Origin: a virus
DNA length: 64,000 nt
IMG/VR virus record: IMGVR_UViG_3300045988_160394
Span: 192,001 to 256,000 of that record
Strand: one strand, 5' to 3'
The notes under the pieces were generated by a model, which was not told the DNA's origin, did not search any database, and saw nothing but the letters and a program-made list of their open reading frames with translations. The position numbers and the translations under genes were made by a program. This document shows positions 58,917 through 64,000 of the stretch, one piece after another; within the stretch, counting starts at the first letter, position 1; every line of letters begins with the position of its first letter.

Positions 58917-60080
58917 ATGAAAAAGATAGCAATAGAAATAATGGAAAGACAATTACAAGAAAGAAAGGAAGCTGCAACTAGTATTATAAACAACACAATA
59001 GAAGCATTAAAAGTATTAGGACAAGAAGAGTTATTATCTTCAAATGTAGTAGAAGTAGAGAAAGAAAAAATAGTAGAAGTTAAAGTTCCAGTTGAAGTAG
59101 ATAAGAGTGAATTAGAAGCTTTAAAAGTAAAAAATGCAGAAGCTGAAGCTATTATCAAATCATTAAAGAAAGAATTAGCTAATGAAAAGAGAAAGGCTAC
59201 TAACAGTAACAAGAGAGTAGATAAATTAAAAGAACAAGTTTCTGAATTAAAATCAGATGTTAAAGGTTTATCTAAGATAGCTGATAAAAATAAAGAGCTT
59301 GTAGAAGAGAATAAATACTTAAAAGATATGATTACAAAATTAGAAGCTAAATTAAACATGAAAACAAATGCTGAATTTAAAGTACCAGTGAAGAATAAAG
59401 AAACAGTTAAGAAGCAAACTCCTGTTCAAATTAATAGCGATTTGAAAATTTATTCAAACAATAACATAAGTATATTAGCTCAATATAAAAATGTTATATT
59501 TGAAGCTTCTAAAAGAATGGATGCAATAACCATATATGATCCAAGTATGTACGGTATGAAAGAAGAAATAAAAGCTGCACTAGAATCAGCTAAATTATTT
59601 ACTCAAGCTAGAGATGTAAAAGACCATGACAGAATAGAAACTGAAATAGGTTCATGTCATGCTATATCTAAGACTAAGTATATGGGATTCGTTATGGATA
59701 ACGGTAAAGCTATTTGTTATGTATACGAACCAAGTAAATATGATACAGCTAAAGCTATTTTAATAAACAAAAGATTAAATAACACTAGTATTAAATATGA
59801 ACCAGCTACAGAATCTCAACAAGCTCTTATTAACAATTTAGTAGCTCAACATGTAGCTGCTAATAATAAGAGAATGGAGCAACTTTCTCAAGATGCATAT
59901 ACTGGTTTAGGGTTAGATTTCTTAGATGGAAATAATAATCAACAAACAGTTAGTAATAGTGCTCCTAGTGTTAGCTTAAACTTTACAAAACAACCTGAAC
60001 AAACTGCACCTTCAACTAATAGTCCTGAAGAGGATATGATGGCTGAATTTGCTAGAATGTTAGATGGTTTAAATGCATAA
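58917..60080 (+). CDS. hypothetical protein with an N-terminal coiled coil, 387 aa
   Basis: Intact ORF with RBS GTGAGGT and a TAA stop. The antisense track ORF 58838..59359 is a shadow. Confidence 0.7.
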   Translation: MKKIAIEIMERQLQERKEAATSIINNTIEALKVLGQEELLSSNVVEVEKEKIVEVKVPVEVDKSELEALKVKNAEAEAIIKSLKKELANEKRKATNSNKRVDKLKEQVSELKSDVKGLSKIADKNKELVEENKYLKDMITKLEAKLNMKTNAEFKVPVKNKETVKKQTPVQINSDLKIYSNNNISILAQYKNVIFEASKRMDAITIYDPSMYGMKEEIKAALESAKLFTQARDVKDHDRIETEIGSCHAISKTKYMGFVMDNGKAICYVYEPSKYDTAKAILINKRLNNTSIKYEPATESQQALINNLVAQHVAANNKRMEQLSQDAYTGLGLDFLDGNNNQQTVSNSAPSVSLNFTKQPEQTAPSTNSPEEDMMAEFARMLDGLNA

Positions 60081-60400
60081 GCGTTACCTTTCCCCTGCGG
60101 GGGTAGTTTCTCACGTTAAGCCCTACGGGTTTGAGTTAAAAGTAACTACCTTCGGTTATCGAGAAATTAGAAATATTTCTTTCTATGACAAGTTAGCTCC
60201 GCTTCGCTACGCTAACTGTTAGAAAGAAGAAAACTCGCTTCGCTCGTAAGAAATAGAGCGTTTTGTGAGTATTCGTGAGAAGAGTGCTTCTCTTTGGTGG
60301 GTAAAACCACCAACGGTTGTACTTAGCTCTACGAGTGCCATAAGAAATCATAAAAGAAATAGTACTTCTTTTTGATTATAAACTAAATCAATTATATTAA
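60081..60400 (+). ncRNA. candidate structured non-coding RNA in a GC-enriched intergenic region (about 320 nt)
   Basis: No ORF here, and the region is visibly more G+C-rich than its flanks. Helices verified by hand: 60092-95/60100-103 (CCCC-UGCG-GGGG); 60177-85/60220-28 (9 bp) enclosing 60192-97/60211-16 (6 bp); 60241-45/60256-60; 60277-82/60287-92; 60296-300/60307-311. A 9-nt repeat CGCTTCGCT occurs at 60200 and 60236. Strand assumed from the flanking genes. Confidence 0.5.
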
Positions 60401-60419
60401 ATTAAAGGAGGTATTCACA

Positions 60420-60902
60420 ATGAATACAAATACAACTATCAAGAAAAGAATATTTACTATGGCTATGAGAGGCAACACTGCTATCTTAACAGACAGTAGT
60501 AATCCTCAATCTACTATCTCATTTAAAGGAGAAAACTTATCTATTATTGGCTTACAACTATTAAATAAGCTATTAGAAAGTATGCCAACTCAAAGATTAA
60601 ACTATAAAGTAGCAGTATTATTACCACATACTGTAGTTATTCCTACATTCGAAAATACTAGAAATGCATGGATTGCTAATGGTAAAACTAAGACTGGTAA
60701 TGATATAGAACCTGCTAAGCTTCATGAAGTTATTAGACTTAATGAGCTATTAAGAGTTAAAGGTCATAACGTAGAAATCTTTGACCAAAGCAAACTAACT
60801 AGTGTAATGTATAAATCATTTACTAGAAAGACATGGGAGCTTATGGATAAGATAGTACCAAAAGCAGAGGCAGAAGATTGCAATGCATTTATGGTTCAAT
60901 AA
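60420..60902 (+). CDS. hypothetical early protein, 160 aa (paralog of 62578..63420)
   Basis: AAGGAGG lies 8 nt upstream. TAA stop. Shares NGKTKTG / TGKTKSG and flanking blocks with 62578..63420. Confidence 0.7.
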   Translation: MNTNTTIKKRIFTMAMRGNTAILTDSSNPQSTISFKGENLSIIGLQLLNKLLESMPTQRLNYKVAVLLPHTVVIPTFENTRNAWIANGKTKTGNDIEPAKLHEVIRLNELLRVKGHNVEIFDQSKLTSVMYKSFTRKTWELMDKIVPKAEAEDCNAFMVQ

Positions 60903-60933
60903 TATTATTATGAGTCAGTGAAATATCTGGCTC

Positions 60934-60992
60934 TTTCTGTCGTGGAAGATACAGTCCACCTGATGATGGCTATTAGGTAGCCGAAACAGAAA
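60934..60992 (+). ncRNA. hammerhead ribozyme, type III topology (HH1); predicted cleavage after C60941
   Basis: Stem III is open: 60934-40 pairs with 60986-92 (7 bp, including A15.1-U16.1 and C15.2-G16.2). GUC triplet at 60939-41. Stem I is GUGG/CCAC with a 10-nt loop. Core CUGAUGA at 60960-66, then one extra U. Stem II is GGCUA-UUAGG-UAGCC with G10.1-C11.1. GAAA at 60983-86. Confidence 0.85.
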
Positions 60993-61018
60993 TATTATTA
61001 CATTATGAGGTGATTGAT

Positions 61019-61441
61019 ATGAAAATATTTATACCAGCTTACGAAGGAATATCTGGATTATATACTGTAGAAGAAATAAGAGAAGGAGAAAACTTCTATT
61101 ATGATAATGGATCTATGGTAAACATATATGACAACTATTTTATTGTTATCAATAACAATGGAATAATCGAGTACGAAAGTGATGAAGGATTATACAGCAT
61201 ATTTGTTATGTGTTCTGATGAAGAAATAAAATTCTTAGAACAATTTACAGATATAGGATCTAAAAAGATTTTAGAGAGAATGTTAGAGCGTAGAATGTAT
61301 TACGCTAATCTTAAAAAATCTGTAGATGGTAAAACATGTCCTGTATGTGGAAAGAAACTATCCGAATCTAATATAGATGCTGGAATAAGAAATCTATTCT
61401 GCAATAATTGTAAGCATAGTGAAACTATTTGCATAGATTAG
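61019..61441 (+). CDS. hypothetical small protein with a C-terminal zinc-ribbon (CPVCG...CNNCKH), 140 aa
   Basis: GAGGTGA lies 5 nt before the ATG at 61019. The final G of its TAG stop is part of the downstream hammerhead. Confidence 0.7.
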   Translation: MKIFIPAYEGISGLYTVEEIREGENFYYDNGSMVNIYDNYFIVINNNGIIEYESDEGLYSIFVMCSDEEIKFLEQFTDIGSKKILERMLERRMYYANLKKSVDGKTCPVCGKKLSESNIDAGIRNLFCNNCKHSETICID

Positions 61442-61501
61442 TCGAAACGGTAGAAATACCGTCGTACAGGGATGGCTTCCTGTGCCTGATGATGACAAGC
61501 C
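61441..61501 (+). ncRNA. hammerhead ribozyme, type II topology with pseudoknot (HH2); predicted cleavage after C61463
   Basis: Order along the sequence: GUC (61441-43, the stem II 3' strand) then GAA (61444-46). Stem III is ACGGUA-GAAA-UACCGU (61447-62). C17 is at 61463. Stem I is GUACAGG/CCUGUGC (61464-70 / 61479-85). CUGAUGA at 61486-92, extra U, then GAC (61494-96), which pairs with GUC. AAGCC (61497-501) pairs with loop-I GGCUU (61474-78). Confidence 0.85.
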
Positions 61502-61535
61502 AAACTATATTTGAATTTAAAGGAGATTGATTGAT

Positions 61536-62093
61536 ATGAAAACAAAATTCACATTAAAAGGATTAGAAATAGGAAACATTAAGATAGGAGATATCGTTGT
61601 TGAAGGCGAATACTTTGTTAAAGAGGCATGGGGTATGAAAAACCTAATTAAAGGAACAGTTGAAGATTTGTTACACAACATGCCAAAATATCTTGATCAA
61701 GTATCTACAATAAACAACAAGTACGAAGAACTATCTAGAAAAGAATTCTTAAAGAAAGTAGACCATATTCGTACTAGAATTAATGGAGCTAAAACTATAG
61801 AAGAATTAGATAGTATCTGTAAATGCTATTACGAAATATGTCCATTTAGTATGCATAGTGAAATAGATGCTCTTCATAACCAAAGATATCATGAGTTAAG
61901 AAGATATTCTGATGATGAAATTAAAGAGCTAAAAAAAGAAATAGAGTCTTCAGGTACAATTACAGGTATTGCAAGACTTATCAATATTGTTAAGAGTGAA
62001 GTTATTCCTGATAAATATAGAGACGAATTGTTAGCTATGGTTGACAGGAAACACTCAGAAATATTATTTAAATATACAACAAGTATGAATTAG
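61536..62093 (+). CDS. hypothetical small protein, 185 aa
   Basis: AGGAG lies 10 nt before the ATG at 61536, in the conserved leader AAAGGAGATTGATTGATATG. The TAG stop abuts HH3. Confidence 0.7.
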   Translation: MKTKFTLKGLEIGNIKIGDIVVEGEYFVKEAWGMKNLIKGTVEDLLHNMPKYLDQVSTINNKYEELSRKEFLKKVDHIRTRINGAKTIEELDSICKCYYEICPFSMHSEIDALHNQRYHELRRYSDDEIKELKKEIESSGTITGIARLINIVKSEVIPDKYRDELLAMVDRKHSEILFKYTTSMN

Positions 62094-62158
62094 TCGAAAC
62101 GGTATAGAAATATGCCGTCGTGTAGAGATAGCCTACTACACCTGATGATGACAGGCTA
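62093..62158 (+). ncRNA. hammerhead ribozyme, type II topology with pseudoknot (HH3); predicted cleavage after C62119
   Basis: Same architecture as HH2, with compensatory changes. Stem III is ACGGUAUA-GAAA-UAUGCCGU (8 bp). Stem I is GUGUAG/CUACAC. CUGAUGA at 62142-48, extra U, GAC at 62150-52. AGGCUA (62153-58) pairs with loop-I UAGCCU (62129-34). Confidence 0.85.
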
Positions 62159-62191
62159 AATAATATTTTAATTTAAAGGAGATTGATTAAT

Positions 62192-62452
62192 ATGACAAAT
62201 TGGAAAATTACAAAAATAACAACAGGAGTAGCAACTGAAGAAGAGGTAAAAGGATGGGAAGAAATAGAAAATGATGACATCTGTCCTGTATGTGGATCAA
62301 AAATGATTGATGATGAAGAAGAACAATTATTACAACATACTGAATGTCCTATATGTGGTTACTTTGAAAACATCTACGGTAATGCTATAGATTTCTATGG
62401 TAAAGAATGTTTCGAAGAAAAGAAAAAAGAAATAGGTCTTTTAAATGAATAA
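62192..62452 (+). CDS. hypothetical small zinc-ribbon protein (CPVCG...CPICG), 86 aa
   Basis: Leader AAAGGAGATTGATTAATATG. TAA stop, followed by a short hairpin. Confidence 0.7.
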   Translation: MTNWKITKITTGVATEEEVKGWEEIENDDICPVCGSKMIDDEEEQLLQHTECPICGYFENIYGNAIDFYGKECFEEKKKEIGLLNE

Positions 62453-62455
62453 TTA

Positions 62456-62476
62456 GGGAGTTCTCTCCCTTCTTCT
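62456..62476 (+). terminator. short hairpin GGGAG-UUCU-CUCCC followed by UUCUUCU
   Basis: Seen directly, 3 nt after the TAA. A weak terminator candidate. Confidence 0.4.
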
Positions 62477-62577
62477 AATGTAGCCAATGACGGTCACAAG
62501 CCCGTATAAGAAATACAGAGTGGAAGAAAATAATATTATGGGTTAAGCTTCCCTAAAAAGCATAGGAGGAAACAATT

Positions 62578-63420
62578 ATGAAAAATGTAGTATTAGTATT
62601 CAAAGGAAATCACGCTTTAGCATTAGACAATGCTGGAACAGTTATTAAGAAGACTTCAACTGGTAGCTTTTTAGCTAACTTAGAAACTTTAGCAGAAGTT
62701 CTTAACACTATCCCTGTAGGAGATGTAGCTCCAGAAGTTACAACTATTCATATCCCTGACTTTATTCAAGGTATAGCTTCAGGTACAGCTTTAGATTATA
62801 TTAGAACTGGTAAGACTAAATCTGGTACACAATTAACTGGTCAAGAAATGCAAGCTTTTAAAGATGTGTATAAGATGATAGCAGAAAGAATCTATAACGT
62901 TAGATTAAGCTTAGCTAAGTTCATACCAAAGACTAATACAGAGTTAATAGCTTTAAGAACAAACGCTTATAATGCTTTAACTAATTATGTTGCAAGTACT
63001 GGTGGAATGGTAATGGGAGGAATGGCTCCAGCTTCACAAGTAATTGACCCTGATAAAGCTTTAAGAGAAGCATTAGATGCTCAAATCATAGAAGCTATTA
63101 ATAAGGGAGATATGGATAAGATAATGCAATTAAAAGCTATGAGAGATACATTAAAGCAACCAACTATGGTTCAAGGTACTGCTCCTGTAGCTCAACCAAC
63201 TAATAGTTATGTGCCTACACCAAACTTTGGAATGGAAAGCACTACAGCTCCAACAGAAAATAATACTGCTGTTGCACAAGATAGTAATAACCAACCAATA
63301 GCTACACCTGAAGAAACTCAACAACAAGCTCAAGCTCCAGTAGAAAATGCAGGTACTGATGTTAGTTTCACTAATACAACTACAACTGATGCAAGTAACA
63401 TCAACTGGGCTAATGTTTAA
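62578..63420 (+). CDS. hypothetical early protein, 280 aa (paralog of 60420..60902, with a Q/T/P-rich tail)
   Basis: AGGAGGAA lies 6 nt upstream. TAA stop followed by a terminator. Confidence 0.7.
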   Translation: MKNVVLVFKGNHALALDNAGTVIKKTSTGSFLANLETLAEVLNTIPVGDVAPEVTTIHIPDFIQGIASGTALDYIRTGKTKSGTQLTGQEMQAFKDVYKMIAERIYNVRLSLAKFIPKTNTELIALRTNAYNALTNYVASTGGMVMGGMAPASQVIDPDKALREALDAQIIEAINKGDMDKIMQLKAMRDTLKQPTMVQGTAPVAQPTNSYVPTPNFGMESTTAPTENNTAVAQDSNNQPIATPEETQQQAQAPVENAGTDVSFTNTTTTDASNINWANV

Positions 63421-63433
63421 TTAATAGCTAATA

Positions 63434-63465
63434 AAGCCTCTATTAATATAGGGGCTTCTTTATAT
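63434..63465 (+). terminator. rho-independent terminator (AAGCCUCU/AGGGGCUU, 8 bp, then a U-rich tail)
   Basis: 8-bp stem with one G-U pair and an 8-nt loop, followed by CUUUAUAUUAU. Confidence 0.65.
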
Positions 63466-63507
63466 TATCAAAAATAAAATTATAAGAAGAAAAAGGAGAC
63501 GATTGAA

Positions 63508-64000
63508 ATGAAAATTATAAAAGGATCACAAAAAATGTTAGAGGAATTACAAGCAAACTTATTTAATATGTTATCAGAAGAAGGACATGAATTAAACGGA
63601 AGTGAAGCAGACGGATATGCATTAAAGATAGACGAGGAAGTATTTAATGATAACCAAAGAAGAATAATTGAAGTAGCTATGAAAGCTAGAATAAACGCAG
63701 GAGTATTAGATCCATCAGCTTATACAATAGATGAAGAATTAGTTAAGAATAGTTTCTCATTAATAGCTGACTCTCAAGAAAAGATGGAAATAATCCAAAC
63801 AGATATATTAAGAGGAGCTAAGATACCAGAAGAAAATATAGTAATATTATTACAACCATGGGCTCCAGAAATGTATAGTACATTCTCATACTTAGTAATA
63901 GCATTTGGTTTAAGTAACGATCAAATGAAGGCAGTACAATTATCAGCTAAAGCAGCTAAGACTGGATTAAAGATAACACAAGCTACTAAGAAAGCAGCTA
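63508..64000 (+). CDS. hypothetical protein, 5' part (at least 164 codons), continues past the right edge
   Basis: AAGGAG lies 9 nt before the ATG at 63508-10. I translated to the window end without a stop. It is missing from the track because it is unterminated. Confidence 0.65.
   Translation, partial: MKIIKGSQKMLEELQANLFNMLSEEGHELNGSEADGYALKIDEEVFNDNQRRIIEVAMKARINAGVLDPSAYTIDEELVKNSFSLIADSQEKMEIIQTDILRGAKIPEENIVILLQPWAPEMYSTFSYLVIAFGLSNDQMKAVQLSAKAAKTGLKITQATKKAA

Noticed and set aside
60081-60419. Suppressor tRNA (anticodon UCA), tmRNA or another known RNA gene in this or other intergenic regions (53392-53680, 56836-56967, 58819-58916, 62453-62577)
   Set aside because: I could not build a cloverleaf. 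There is no T-loop-like GTTCRA motif, no 7-bp acceptor stem, and no U-UCA-R anticodon loop. The suppressor tRNA, if any, must lie outside this window.
1-64000. Simple native genetic code 4 (Mollicute-type host) or code 25 (TGA = Gly) as the explanation for in-frame TGA
   Set aside because: In a low-GC code-4 or code-25 genome, TGA should appear in all genes. Here the plus-strand genes have 16 TGG and 0 TGA, while about 40 percent of minus-strand Trp positions are TGA. Gly fits the conserved PWTARWYQ and GVDW contexts poorly. Neither alternative is fully excluded without the whole genome and host.
1-64000. CRISPR arrays, integrase/att sites, transposases or other signs of a prophage boundary or defence island
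   Set aside because: I saw no spaced direct repeats and no recombinase-like ORFs. Gene packing is uniformly phage-like across the window.

Overview
This window is a visibly AT-rich segment of a large contractile-tailed phage genome. Positions 1-53391 form one long minus-strand late/structural module. In transcription order it holds: small ORFs, a TerL-like P-loop paralog, TerL carrying an intein, a GroES homolog, portal, protease/scaffold, an HK97-type major capsid protein, neck proteins, tail sheath, three tail-tube paralogs, chaperones, a 2121-aa tape-measure-like giant, a 2946-aa RNA-polymerase-like giant and a 2984-aa baseplate/tail giant. Positions 53392-53680 are a divergent control region. 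Positions 53690-64000 form a plus-strand early-type module: a single-subunit two-barrel RNA polymerase, many small proteins, three canonical hammerhead ribozymes and a GC-enriched structured intergenic RNA candidate.

The supplied standard-code ORF track fragments the minus-strand genes. Adjacent fragments are in the same frame and are separated only by single TGA codons. I translated the linkers by hand and found no TAA or TAG. TGA falls at positions that are Trp-like in recognisable motifs, for example TerL PWTARWYQ and GVDWDKYG, the Hint-domain GW and the LAGLIDADG DGW. By hand count there are about 53 in-frame TGAs in the minus-strand module and none in about 10 kb of plus-strand coding. 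No gene in the window terminates with TGA.

I therefore annotate the window with TGA as a sense codon (most likely Trp). The module-specific recoding is the main finding, together with the two RNA polymerases and the ribozymes. Functions marked hypothetical are unsupported beyond ORF quality and context.
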